A stretch of DNA of 62,987 bases, filler included, from Reticulomyxa filosa (taxonomy: Eukaryota > Protista > Foraminifera), in NCBI GenBank assembly GCA_000512085.1. It is 24 parts of 24 records of this genome, joined end to end, with 100 filler letters (N's around TTAATTAATTAA, not from the genome) between each part and the next. Parts side by side here need not be neighbours in the genome. Positions count along the whole stretch, not along the records: positions 33,446 to 39,674 come from ASPP01016767.1; positions 39,775 to 41,417 come from ASPP01009296.1; positions 41,518 to 44,406 come from ASPP01008418.1; positions 44,507 to 46,741 come from ASPP01023030.1; positions 46,842 to 49,933 come from ASPP01002525.1; positions 50,034 to 52,094 come from ASPP01001559.1; positions 52,195 to 54,467 come from ASPP01009453.1; 17 more parts are not named here. One strand, written 5' to 3'. Each line of letters begins with the position of its first letter. Positions within the stretch are counted from its first letter, which is position 1. This document shows positions 39,596 through 52,458 of this stretch, piece by piece. A program made the position numbers and the translations under genes. The notes beneath the pieces were generated by a model. The model was given only the letters and a program-made list of their open reading frames with translations. It searched no databases and was not told where the DNA came from.

Positions 39596-39674
39596 AACCG
39601 AAAGGGTTTGAATTCCGGGTTTTAAAAACCCGGAACCGAAAGGGTTTGAATTCCGGGTTTTTAAAAACCCGGAA
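39596..39674. repeat. Tandem 38-39-bp repeat containing a palindrome, running into the contig end
   Basis: Two copies of AACCGAAAGGGTTTGAATTCCGGGTTTT(T)AAAAACCCGG. Confidence 0.9.
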
Positions 39675-40557
39675 NNNNNNNNNNNNNNNNNNNNNNNNNN
39701 NNNNNNNNNNNNNNNNNNTTAATTAATTAANNNNNNNNNNNNNNNNNNNNNNNNNNNNNNNNNNNNNNNNNNNNCACTTTGGAGCGATTAGTAATAGATG
39801 AACCGCATATTGGACTAGATTTAATTCAACGCAAGTGTATTAACGGATTAGGTTTAATATATACATCAATACCATTCGAGTAAGAAACTGTGAAAGATAT
39901 AAATGGAATATGTAGTTATTACAATGATTATAAAAATAAAAATTTATTGTTGACACACTATATATAATTAATTTATTGTTCATCAAAAACTGTTTCAGTA
40001 ATTCATATTTATTATAATTCAATTTAACAATCAAGACAGCAAAAGAAAATGTAAAATTGCGAATTTATTTTGTGAAATAATCAAGATATTACTTTTTCCA
40101 CGAATACTTTTTTTTATAATTGACAAATATGAAAAATTTTTAAAGAAAACTGTCATAAAAAAAAAAGCTTTTTTTCTCGAGGAAAGATATACACATTCAT
40201 GAAATTATTGTCTATTTTGAAAGCTTAACTACTTTTCAAACGATAAAGCATTTGGTATCTAATTTTTTGTTTTTTCAATCAACTGTACAGCAACAAACTA
40301 ATCAAATCAACCAAGAAATAATAAAAAAATGAGGATGTGTTTGTCCAAACTTCTCACAATGAAAGACCATTGCTGACAGAAAAAACACGCAAAAACAATT
40401 CAAATTGATATGTTTACAAAACTTTCTCAACAACAAATCCACGTTCTAATTTGACGCCGAAAAATGACAAGATAAGAAAATAAACTAACAAAAAAAAGGG
40501 GGATGGTATCAATAAACAAAGAACATCCAAGGTCATGCTATGTTTTGGAAGTTCTGG

Positions 40558-41345
40558 TTAATGCGTGGATTGCCTCCATTTGATTGCTTTTTCAAAAAAC
40601 TCAACAACTTTTGCAGAATATGTCATGGCTTTCATTGGATTTTCGAATTTGCTCGTGTTAAACAAATTTGGTCCAATCACAATTGCGAGATTCTATCACG
40701 ACATTCAAAAAAGATGTACGCAAAGAGAGGAGAGGATCAAACAAAGAACAGAGACAGCAATGTAACTTTGGGGCCCATTTTATTGATATTTTCATAAACA
40801 GCACATTCGACACACATGTCACAAAGCCACAAAAAGATGGATTTGTGGGGTTCAGGGAAGTCGGAGATAATTTTGACAACATCAGCCTCTTTTGTGGCCA
40901 TTTCAACCCTTTCAGGAGCAACACAATTCAACAAAGGATCTGGTAAGTCTCGGAACCACACTTTGATTAAGTTGGCATAGACGTTGACATCAGCTTGTTG
41001 ACCATTAATTTCAAATTTTCCCGAGTCAATGGATGATTTGACAGCATTGTTATCTCTGGCATCCGGAGCTAAACGGAAGATACCCACTTGTTGGTATCCA
41101 TTGGCATCAATAAGTTTTTCTTTCAAAATGACCAAAACTTTGGGAATTTTCGCAGCATATTGCGGCAATTTGACACAAGGGATGTGTTTCGGCGATACAC
41201 CAAACTGTTTGTTTAGCAACTCTTCCCACTCTTTTGGCAGCCCATGAAACACGCCTTCGTCCTTGTCGTACGTCACTTGTACCTTACGTTCGACGTCGGT
41301 GACATCAGATATCTTATGGTCTTGTTGTCGAAATTTTTGAGGTTC
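40558..41345 (-). CDS. RhoGAP with an N-terminal PAK-type CRIB-like segment, 5' truncated
   Basis: ISDVTDVERKVQVTYD..GVFHGLPKEW; GIFRLAP (arginine finger); LIKVWFRDLPDPL; NKMGPK|NLAIVIGPNL. Confidence 0.9.
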
Positions 41346-41378
41346 TAATAAAAGGAGTAGGAGAAAACAAAGCAACCA

Positions 41379-41417
<39 letters not shown>

Positions 41418-41517
41418 NNNNNNNNNNNNNNNNNNNNNNNNNNNNNNNNNNNNNNNNNNNNTTAATTAATTAANNNNNNNNNNNNNNNNNNNNNNNNNNN
41501 NNNNNNNNNNNNNNNNN

Positions 41518-42175
41518 CAGCGTCTGGATCTGAAATACTGCCGAGCAACTCTGTAGTGGTGAGGAGTTTATTGGTGAAGAGAGAAAAAAGGATAGTGCCG
41601 ACGATGAGCTGGATGGAGATCATGGACAGGGGGAACCATAATGGCCATGCGATGGAACAGGTCGTGCGGGGATGGTGACGCTGCTCGCCGTGGCGGAAGG
41701 GGTCGTATACGTACGTGGATTGCTTTTGCCACACAATGTATCCGGCTTGCAATAAGAAAACGAGAACGATGAACGATTGCAGCGAATGCATTTGCAACTT
41801 TGTCGTTCGGAGAAACGAGTCTTTAAAGGCCGCTTCCAAACGAATGGACAACAAATAGTGGTACACGGTTTTCAATAGACTATACAACAATGTGATCGTT
41901 ACTACGCATACTTCGCACCACATTTGTGTTATCATGTCTTTCGTCAAATCCGATATGCTCAGCAAGAAACATATCAATCCTATTATCACACATGAGGTCA
42001 CTAACAAAAAGGATTGCAATGTCGTCCAGTGATATAAAAACGAGGTGTCATTCAACGTCACTATTCGGTGAACGTGCCAAATAAACATTGACACCATCAA
42101 AAAAAAGCTTGTCAACGAAAACACTCGCGACAACACCAGCGTTGCCGTTTCTGGAGGATGTAATAATGTAGACAT
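41518..42175 (-). CDS. 7TM GPCR-like membrane protein, 3' truncated
   Basis: Five helices with a serpentine-like pattern: Cys at the start of TM3, Arg at its end, and Cys in the second extracellular loop. Confidence 0.55.
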
Positions 42176-42712
42176 TTCTAATCCCCAGGGGCAGTTTTTA
42201 TTTATTGAGTTTTTCTTGTTGACGTTTACAACTTTTTCTACTCTCCTTTGTCAAAAAAAAAAAATTGATCACTAGTCATTCTTCATGTTGTTTGCAGTTT
42301 ATTAGGTGTTAATTTTCGAAAAACTAAAACTTTTTTGACAAAAGCATTTCGTGATTGTAAAGAACAAGGAGAAAATATTGATAAAGAACAAACTTTTTAC
42401 TAACTAAAGAAAAAATGCGTTTTTTCTTTTTTCTTTCAAAAAAAGTGGAAATATTTTCCACTTTACATTATCGAAAACGAACTCAAGCAAACAAAAGAAA
42501 TTGAAAGTGATTCAATTTGATTATTATACATTAAATTAGGATGGACCCATATGGCCTTGACAGCATTGTCAATTTATTCATTTTTCATTCAAATGACAAT
42601 CAATGTGTTTAAATATTTATTTGTTGCTATTGTCACATTAATTATAATTTAACACAGGCTAGTGTATCCATTATGCGGAAGTGCCAAGCATATCTATTTA
42701 AAATGGTTGGTT

Positions 42713-42934
42713 TGTAGGGAAAGTCACTACATTACCTCCTTAAACGTTAACGGAACGGTGGGACCCTCAGTGGGTTAAAACCCTCTTCTTGGCACTACTC
42801 ACTTTCCTATTGTTTTTACTTGTTTCTTTATTTGCGTTGTAATTATTCTCTTTAATTAACTTTCTTTTACTGAAATTACTCTCTTGGAACTAAGTTTCTT
42901 TCGTATTACACTTAATCTTATCACAAGTCCCACA
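42713..42934 (-). mobile_element. Solo-LTR-like element, 222 bp, target-site duplication GGTT
   Basis: TGTAGGG...TCCCACA termini flanked by GGTT; its reverse complement aligns to 29914-30136. Confidence 0.85.
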
Positions 42935-43264
42935 GGTTCTATCACTTATATTATTTGTTTTATTAAACACATATAACATACATGATTTGTTAAAAGATCC
43001 AATATTTTGGACAATCCACACAATTTCTCCAGGTTTGTGATATTGCCGTTTTCTCAATTTTATTGCCGAGTTGTTAGATAAAACTTTTTCTTAGACATAA
43101 TATTTTATCATCTTGTTACCATTTCCTTTGATTTAGAGCATAATACAGGCAATAAATAATTTTGTATGCATTTTTAGAAAGTTCTAAAGAAAAAAGTTAA
43201 ACATTTTCCATTTTCCATTGTCGAAGACGATCCAGCGAAAAACAAAAACAGTTGCAAAATAACT

Positions 43265-43640
43265 TTTAGCAATGACAAACAAGCTTTAACTCAACTGGTA
43301 GGGTAAGCTTTCTTCTAACTTTTCAGAAAGTTGCTTATCTTTAGGTTTTTATTGTATATTACTTGTGATTAAATTAGCTAGAAGAAAATGAGGTCTAAGC
43401 CATTATTCAGCATTTGATTAGAATATTACACATTAAATTTGGTTGGACAAATGATTTTAATAAACTAGTTGCCGATTATGTTATATTTTTTTGTTTTTAT
43501 TTTTATTCAATTGCAATAAAAATAAACAAATAAATATTTGTTATTTCTGATCATCATTGTTAATACAGAAAATTCTTCATATTTGACACATTTCGTTTAT
43601 CATCAAAATTACTCAAAAATTGGATGGGCATGACATGTAC
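43265..43640 (+). pseudogene. WD40-family 5' remnant
   Basis: EENEV*AIIQHLIRILHIKFGWTNDFNKLVADY and FFIFDTFRLSSKLL match 12510-12994, with a stop and truncation. Confidence 0.8.
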
Positions 43641-44062
43641 ATATGTAAAATAATGATGCAATGCCATTACAAACATTTAGTTGCTAAATTGAATATTTAA
43701 ATCAAATACACTAATATTATTAAAATAACAAATATTTGTAATAGAGTCCATTTATTGTAATTATTTAAATCATTTGATTTCATTATACTTAAGTGATAAA
43801 TTAAATTGACAATTTTTATGTATTACGACGACTGAAATTTCTGTATTTTTCAAGTTGTGAAGCCCTAAATCCTTCATAAACTGTATATTGTTGATTTGAG
43901 TACATTCACCTTTTTTCAAATTCTAAAAGTTTTTTCCCAAGCTTCTTTGAAAACAGGTAAAATAAGAAAATAACGATTTTGTATTTTTTGAAAAAAAGAA
44001 AATTATTGCAATTCAACTTATTACATCTACAAAAGTTTTTGTTTATTGTTATTTCCTTGCTT

Positions 44063-44195
44063 TCAATAATACAATTTAAAAAAAAATTCCGTTATCTTCT
44101 TTATCATTTGCTTTAACCATATAGAATTTTTTCTCATTGATCGAACATCCCAAATGAATTGATTATCAAATGACCCAGAGCATATCACTGTTAAT
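44063..44195 (-). pseudogene. WD40-family 3' remnant
   Basis: VICSGSFDNQFIWDVRS is a frameshifted match to 13477-13692. Confidence 0.7.
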
Positions 44196-45143
44196 TTCAT
44201 ACAAAGATATGGTATCTTCTGATACACAGAATAAGAAGTAACAAATGCAATAAAACATGTATCCGCATATAATCTCAAGGTTCAGACAATATTCGTAGTT
44301 TGATTCTAAAAATGCAAAGTTTAATTAATAGCGAAATTTTACTAGATACAATTAACTCACTTTCTCAGTGCTGTACTTTGATTATACAGTAGGTTGCAAA
44401 GAAAACNNNNNNNNNNNNNNNNNNNNNNNNNNNNNNNNNNNNNNNNNNNNTTAATTAATTAANNNNNNNNNNNNNNNNNNNNNNNNNNNNNNNNNNNNNN
44501 NNNNNNTTCATAACCGACCCATAAGCTATTGTTTTTTATTTTCCCATTTTCTAAACCCGTTGAACATAAAATTTGGAGTTGTGTTTAGTTTCGAATTTGG
44601 TATTAATTTTGGTTTCAGGTTTGATTTTGGACAAGGGCAGTTTATAGTTGACAAACTTTCCACTCTGAGCAATGAGAAAATGTAATCAAAAAGGAGAGAT
44701 GATTTCCTCTCAAGAGTGAGCAGGAGTAATAATTTTATTAAAAGGTAATGAATTTTTTTTCGAAAACAAATAAAAGGCATTCAGAGTACGCAAAAAAAAG
44801 TATTGAGAATTGATTGTCATTCAACTTTACAAAAAAAAAGATTAAACCAATATGGTAATGTAGCCTTGTGATAGTGTTAAAAGCAACAATAATTACTTCG
44901 ACTCTTGTATAGATGTCTGTTGAGAATCTGATTGTGCGGACGAATGATCTTCTTTAGGTGGGGTGTCAGTGTTGGTGACATCACCATCAACAGTGAAAGT
45001 CACTTTTATTGGAAGTGGCAGAATGTTCAGTCGATTGAGCATTTGCATTAGTATTCGCATCCGCATTAGGAATAACAGAAGAAGAAGGAGCCGCTTCTGT
45101 CAATAAATCCAAAGGAAGAGATTGTGATTGAAACTCAATTCCA

Positions 45144-46574
45144 TCAAGTCTGACAATCTTTCAATGCATCATTTTGCTGTTGCAAGTTTTTGCACAAGAT
45201 TTCCAAAGTTTCATTTTTGCGATAAATGTTATCTGCAGATAACTTTGTAGCTTCGTTGAATGCATTCAATTGAGTGTATTTTAACTGCAAATCTTTTTTA
45301 TTTTGTCCAAACTCTTTGTTTTGCTTCAGCATTGTTTTTTTCATTTCCTGAAATTGTCCAATGTATTCATTGCTGTTTTTTTATTGCCTCCGAAATTTCC
45401 CGAAATTTCAGCTCAAACTCAGTGCATCGCTGTTGCATCATCACATTCATTTGAATCGTTTTTGCCAGTTTCGTTGTCAAGTCGTGCATTTGTTCTTTGT
45501 TTTTCTCCAACTCTCTTTGAATCCCACTTTTTTTCCGAGCTTTGCAAATTTTCTATTATTATTATCGTTATTAATATTATTAATATTATTATTATTATTG
45601 TTATTATTATTAGTATTATTAAAAAAAAAAAAAAAGACAGACTCTAAATTTTTAATAAAAACGTATACATATAACCTATTTAAAAGATTTCATCTCTGTA
45701 CTTTTCAAAATCTTGACTCCTTTGTTTTTCATGTTCGATCAGCTCGTTGATCCTTTGGCGATAGAGATCATTTTCATTTGCGGCCTCGCCAAAATCGGCC
45801 TCTTGCTTTGCAATTTCGACGCGAATGGACGCCAACGACTGGTCAAACTTGGCTTGGATTTCATCGCGCCACTCTTTTTCCCTCTTCTGCATCTCCTTCA
45901 TCGCGTCGTGGATCTGCTTGTTCTCGTCCTGCACAAGTTGCTCAGCGTCGTGTTCTTCTCGATCAGTGTCCAACTCTGGCCCATCAGCTGCTTCTCCGAA
46001 TTTGCCAAGTCATAAAATACCTCATTCACTCGTTGCATATGATCTGTCTACATTTTCAAAAAAAGGGGGAAGGAAAGAAAAGTTGAATTATATATACATA
46101 TATATATATATATATGTATATATAATTCAAAAAAAAAAAAACCATTTGTTTCAAATATGTATTTGCAATGCTCTTTTATCATTATTGGTCGGAAGGGAGG
46201 GGGCTTTTTTTTCGTGTTCGTTGGACTGATCCGCAGTTTCGCTGTTCGCTTCTTGCGACTTGAGCAACCCCAATTTCTTTTCACTGAAAAGGGTACTCAC
46301 TGCGTTCGGCGTGGAGAGCAGACCCTTGAAACGCTTCCTTCGCTCGCTTTCGTTAATGGCTTCCAACTTCTTTTTCAACAGCTGCGACACTGACAGGCTG
46401 TCCACGTCCGCACTGATACTCGTGTCCGCTCTGGTGCTCACGTGGTTGCTCATTGGCTCGCTGTCCGCTGTCGCCTGGCTGCGGGTCGGGCTCCGTCGCA
46501 TCTGTCTTTGGTCCTAATCTCTTCCTGCCCTTGCTACCTTGCTTTTTTGGGGGACCTGATTTTTTGCGAGGCAT
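45144..46574 (-). CDS. Taxilin-family coiled-coil protein
   Basis: EIQAKFDQSLASI, ENDLYRQRINELIEHEKQR, FELKFREISEAIKKSNE and LEILCKNLQ; introns plus homopolymer frameshifts. Confidence 0.7.
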
Positions 46575-47284
46575 TTTGCTTTTTATTTGTTCGCGGTGGT
46601 AGTAGTATTATAATATTATTTTATACCAAATTTTTTTTTTTAAAATCCTCCTTGCTGTCCCCCCCTTTGAGTTTTTGTTTTAAACAAAATTGCGTAAAGT
46701 TTTAGATTGGAATGAAAAAGTCACAAAAAAAGAATAGCACGNNNNNNNNNNNNNNNNNNNNNNNNNNNNNNNNNNNNNNNNNNNNTTAATTAATTAANNN
46801 NNNNNNNNNNNNNNNNNNNNNNNNNNNNNNNNNNNNNNNNNTTATAATCTTACTCAGAGCTATTTGTTTCTTTTTACAACAACTGTGGCAAAATATTTTC
46901 AAATGTCATCCATTTATTTTTTTCGAATTGAATATGTGTACAATAACAACATGGATAATAAAGGAACATTTCACAGTTTGGTTTTTTTAGATGAGAATTT
47001 ATTTTGAAAAAGAGTGCCAATGATTGAATGATGATACATTTGTCAGAGTATTTGTATTTTCGTTCCAAATTAAACTAATTTCAGCTAAAAAGTGATTTAT
47101 TTCATGTTAGACAATTATTTCTTTTGTAATAATTGCTTTTGGTATGTTTTTTTTAAAATACACATCTTTTTTTCTAGGTTACTTTTTTGTTTGTTGTGTT
47201 TACGTTTTTACTTTAGCTAAAAAGTGAACGGGAAGCAAAATTACAAAACTTTCTTTTTGAGCAGCATTAAGCATTGTTAAAATC

Positions 47285-48372
47285 ATGGGCGGATTAATGT
47301 CTTGGTTGCGCAGGTCCTTTCTAGTCCTTTGTTGTTTTGTGATTTAAAATTATGAAAAAGGGAAACATAAACAAATACAACAGCTTTTGGCAGCAAGAGA
47401 TGGAAATCTCTATTGTCGGCTTGCAAGGCGCAGGAAAGAGTACATTTATTCAAGTGTTACAGGTGAAGACAATTGTATAGTGTTCAAATTTACAAAATCA
47501 CCTGGGCAAGGTTCTGGGAGAAGGGATGAGAGGGGAGGGGTGAGAGGGGATGAGAAGGAGAAAATAGAACGTAAAAAAAAGTAATTAAATTGAGATAATA
47601 CAAACATCTGAAAAAAAAATTATTAAATGTCAGAAAGGAGAATTTGTGCCCAATATGATCCCGACAGTTGGATTCAACATGCATAAAGTAGAAAAAGGAA
47701 AGGTTCAAATCAAAGTGTGGGACTTAGGTGTGAACTTTTTTTGTGATAGCTATTTAATTTAAAAAACAAATGTTTATTTTTTTTTTATAAGTTTGATAAA
47801 CGGAATAAAACACGATCGATAAAAATAGGGGGACAAAAGAAATTTCGATCAATGTGGGAAAGATATTGTCGAAAAAATGACGCGATTGTGTAAGGAAAAA
47901 ACAACATTATTAATACAAACAACACAACAAATCTTTTCAAATTATTTTACAATGTGTTTTTCGGATTGTTTGCTTTTTTTCCTCCCTTGTCCTGTGAAAA
48001 TTAAGGTTTATGGTCGATGCAGCCGATCCTAAAAAATTTCAACAAGCTAGCAAAGAATTGAGACAATTGTTAGCACTGCCTAGTTTAGAAAAAATCCCAT
48101 TGCTGTTATTGTTCAACAAAAAAGACTTGCCAGAAGCCAGAAGTGCTGATGAAATCGTTGAAACTTTGTTTTGTGAAATTTTTGTTTGTTTTCTATTCTT
48201 TCAGCTTGTCTATTTTGTAATTTGATCAACCAAATTATTGTTTTTTTTTTTAATGAAAAATAGGGATTTGAAAGGCTTAGGTGAGAGAGAAATTGGCTAT
48301 TATGAAATTTCGTGCAAAGAAGTCATTAATATTGACAATACGTTAGATTGGCTCATCAAGCACACCAAATAA
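47285..48372 (+). CDS. ARL8: ADP-ribosylation-factor-like GTPase ARL8
   Basis: Exons 47285-47313, 47384-47462, 47634-47727, 47829-47889, 48006-48167 and 48264-48372 give [69 protein letters not shown]. Confidence 0.95.
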
Positions 48373-48786
48373 ACTTAAAATAATCAAAGCAAAACCTTCC
48401 TTTTTTCTGTCATTTTTTCCTCTCCTTCTCCTCTAAATACAAATAGTTCGAAGTTCATTCTTATAAACGGTTGCTATGTTTTTTGTAAGAGTCTGGTTGT
48501 GCTTTTCATGCTGTTTCTTTTCTTTCGTCCACCTTCTGCGTGACAGCAACAAAAGAAATCAAATGTCGAAATAAGTCATTTCACGTTTTTTAAATAAGAA
48601 TCACAGGGTTTATAAAAACAATCTTTATTTTTTTTTGGCGTGGAGAGGGAGAAGTAGAATAGAATTAAAGGGTTAATGCAAAAATAGCTTGACTTTAAAA
48701 TATTGAAAACACCAGCATTATAAAAAAAAAAATGTTCAAAACCTAGAACACATGTTTTTGATCCTTCTGGGACAGTTAGTTTCTCA

Positions 48787-49870
48787 GCGTTTGTTGTTAA
48801 GCCAAACTTGGAGTTTTTGAGTAATGGCATCCTCAGTGTAATCTTGTGCAAAGTTCAAAGTCGTAAATTCCAACCGAAAAGCTGTTGCAACAAGTAAGTA
48901 TTGCAACGTGTGACACCAGTGAGTTCATTGATGTTGTCGATAAAACAATCGCTTGGTCCAACAATTTGTATGCCTAACTTTAATTTACTGTCAAGACATA
49001 AATCCACAACCAAAGAGTTGGAGACAATCCAATTTGGAGTGACGAGCTGATTCACAATTGCAGGGACTATTTGTCCGTCTTTTTCCACTTTGACATACAG
49101 GTCCTTTCGTTTAAGTTTTTGATTGATATGTTTAGTGGCTTGGTTTGTGATGGGAGATTTTGTGAGCATCAGTTGTTCCATGCATTTCGTAATTAAGGCA
49201 ATATAATCCTTTTTGGAGCGAAATGTAGGCGATTCGCGGCCGCTTGTGCAAAACTCGTCGTTGTCGCGACTGTTCAAAGAATCTTGCAAAATCAGCTTCA
49301 AATTGTTTTCAAATGGAATTAAAAAGGGTTCGAAAGTTCCACGGTTATTATCGCGCAGAGTGACCAAAGTTTTCAGTTGCAATAGCTGTGTGATTGTCTC
49401 ATCCTCTAAAGTGTTGCAATCATAATTCAATAGCATTCCGGAAAGCGTTTTCAGCAATGCTTGAAATTCCTTATCTTCTACTATTCCATTGCCTGTTTAT
49501 TTATTTTGTATCAATTCATCCGTTTTTTGATTGCTTTGTTTTGTGACAACTGCGATATGTGAAGGAAAGAAACAAACAAACCGACAGCGTTGGGATTGAT
49601 TTTGTAATTATCCTTTGTCGGCAAAGTATCCAGCCACAACAAAGCCCAAGTGCATTCAATGAGTTGAGCAAACGAAAATCTGGAGCGGTCATGGATAATG
49701 AATTTGCTCAACAAACCCAAAAGCTCTGTGTTCATATGTCCACATTTACCAAACGCACGCACCAACGCAAATGAATTTGTCAAGTCGATGTTTGTCAGTA
49801 TTTGGTCTAATATTTTTTGTGGAAACAGCAATTGCAGTATTGTCTCTTCGAAAAAGCCTAGTTCTACTAA
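48787..49870 (-). CDS. Helical-repeat RAP-domain (FASTK-like) protein, 3' part
   Basis: LVRAFGKCG and LIECTWALLWLD repeats; terminal VDLCL..GIQIVGPSDCF...LTGVT..LLQQLFGW resembles a RAP domain. Confidence 0.65.
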
Positions 49871-49891
49871 CCTGTTTATACACATAGAAAC

Positions 49892-49923
<32 letters not shown>

Positions 49924-50967
49924 GTGTATATATNNNNNNNNNNNNNNNNNNNNNNNNNNNNNNNNNNNNNNNNNNNNTTAATTAATTAANNNNNNNNNNN
50001 NNNNNNNNNNNNNNNNNNNNNNNNNNNNNNNNNTTTACAGTTTTTGTTTTTTTTCAAGTTAATGTCTCATCTCACCCAAATATGGCATAGCTCCATACAA
50101 TTTTTCAAAAGTTCAAAGGAAAACTTATTACACAATTTGACATTTATTTTCGATTTGTTTTCTTTGTTTAGTTACATTTTGGGCAGCTTATCTTTAAATT
50201 ATCATTTAAACAAATATTCGATAATATATTGCTTTCTTCACTTATTTCAATGTCTGCTTATCGAATAGCAGACTTTTTAGATAATTTTTCAGTTTCTTAG
50301 TTTTGATTCACTGTTCCTTTTTTCAAATAAGTAAATATATCGTTTTCACTGTTTGTTCTATTTCAATTTTTAGATTTTGACTTTTTCTTTTTCTTTATGA
50401 TAATTTTCATTTTTAGTTTCATTTGTCTTTTGTATTTACGTTTACGTATTCATTGTCATTACAATTTGTTAAATGCGTTTTCTGATTTTTGTTTATTGTA
50501 AACTTGATTTCGCTTCATATTGAACACCAAAATTAATAATTTGATCATTCTGAGTAATATTGGCCTAGATCGTGCATTATACGTTATATCTCAGTTTGTG
50601 ACTATGATCCAAGATTTTTTTATTATTATTGCCAGTTTTATCTTATACCAGTCTTGTTCATTGTTTTAACTCGGAACAGTTTTTTAGAAATCTTATTTTA
50701 ATTAATCTAGTTAATGATTGCGAATGATCAAATTTTGAAATAAAGTTTAGTTTGATCATCGAATGCAATTGTATGAAGATTGAGTTAAACGCAATCCGAT
50801 AAACAATTACGTTGTACTAAGTTTTCAATAAAACAATAGATTAAATAAGAAAATGACCTCAAAAAGAACAAAACAAAGGACAAAATGCAAGAAAGATTTT
50901 GGCGGGGTAAAAAAGAAAAAATCTTGTTGCAAAAAAATAGCTATTTCTACATTCTTGTGTATGTAAT

Positions 50968-51180
50968 CAAATCATCCTTCCTTTGACAACAATCTTCTAT
51001 TATTTAGCAATAATCTAAATTCTCCAACATCTAGCACTTTCTATTCTACGGCATCTCTACACATTATCTAAAGAAATCTTTAGTTTACTGTAGAAAGTGC
51101 TAGAATTTGTGAGAGAATTTAGTATAGTTATTACTAACATAATAAGGAGAAATTGTCGTTAAACAGAAAGGAGTTGTTTG
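50968..51180. repeat. Long imperfect inverted repeat (foldback)
   Basis: TCTAGCACTTTCTA (51030-51043) pairs with TAGAAAGTGCTAGA (51091-51104), and CTAAATTCTC pairs with GAGAATTTAG; pairing continues outward. Confidence 0.8.
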
Positions 51181-52458
51181 GTGCAAATTTTGAGTGAATT
51201 TGGCTCATACATGTTACTTGCACTTTTTTTATTGAATATTAGCGGCTGTTTTCAGAAGTATTCTCCAATAGATTTTTTAAAATTTGTTTAAATATGATAT
51301 TTATGTAGAAGCGAATAGCTGCATTTGTGCTGTGATATTGGCTTTCAAAGTATATGTAACAATCACCATTTAAAAATAGAATTCTTTTTTTGTAGTTTTA
51401 ATTTCATAGAAATCATAAACCAAATTTAATATTACGTCCAGTGTCTTTTTCTAATTTTTGTAACTTTCTTTTCTTCTTCTTTAACTGATTTTCCAATTTA
51501 ATGTTCAATCGTAACTTTAGATTTGGTACATTTGTGCTTAGCTTTATACATGAAAACAGTAGAACGAAAGTAATTTTACACGTTTGGGACTGTAAATACT
51601 TTGTGTCAACACCTTTCTTAACAGCAAGTAGACTGGTGTCGTCATGTCATTTCTCATTGTTTTTTGCAGCATTTTGAGTTTGTATCAGAGCAAACTAGCA
51701 TTTGTTTCATCTGTGTGTATCTCTATTGCTGTATATTTCAATTTTGCCTTTTGTATTGCTTGTTCTATTTTTTGTTTCCTCACCTTGAAACACTGACAAT
51801 ATTTCATCATTTACTTTAAAATGGCAGCCCTTCAACACGCAACATGTTACGTTTTCGACACGTAGACGTTAGGATTTTTTTTTTTGAAAAGCGACTAGAG
51901 CAAAAACGTGTCAGTTAAAAAACGTCAATTGAACCACTATGCAAAGTTGTTAGCTGCGAGCAGAAAGAAGAGCCGGGAGCAGAGATCTGAGATGTAATAA
52001 GCCCCATTGCAGTAAGAACTTTTGAATGCATTCGTAGTATGTCAGTATGTATTTGTAAAAAACGTTGAAGTTGCAAAACATCAAAAAAAAAAAANNNNNN
52101 NNNNNNNNNNNNNNNNNNNNNNNNNNNNNNNNNNNNNNTTAATTAATTAANNNNNNNNNNNNNNNNNNNNNNNNNNNNNNNNNNNNNNNNNNNNTTTTTT
52201 TTTTTTTCCTTTCTTTTTTTTTTTTTTTTTTTTTTTTTGGCACCCCCTCTGATCTCTTTCTTCTAAACAAAACAAAACAAAACAAAAAATTCCTCTGTCT
52301 TTTTTTTATCCTTGCACATTTTGGAGAAACAACAACAACAACAAGAACAACAAAATATAAATACATATATATACATATATATATATGTATACTACATACA
52401 CACACACACACACAACACAGATAAACAAAAGAAAAGCATAAAGTGATAGCAAACCAAC

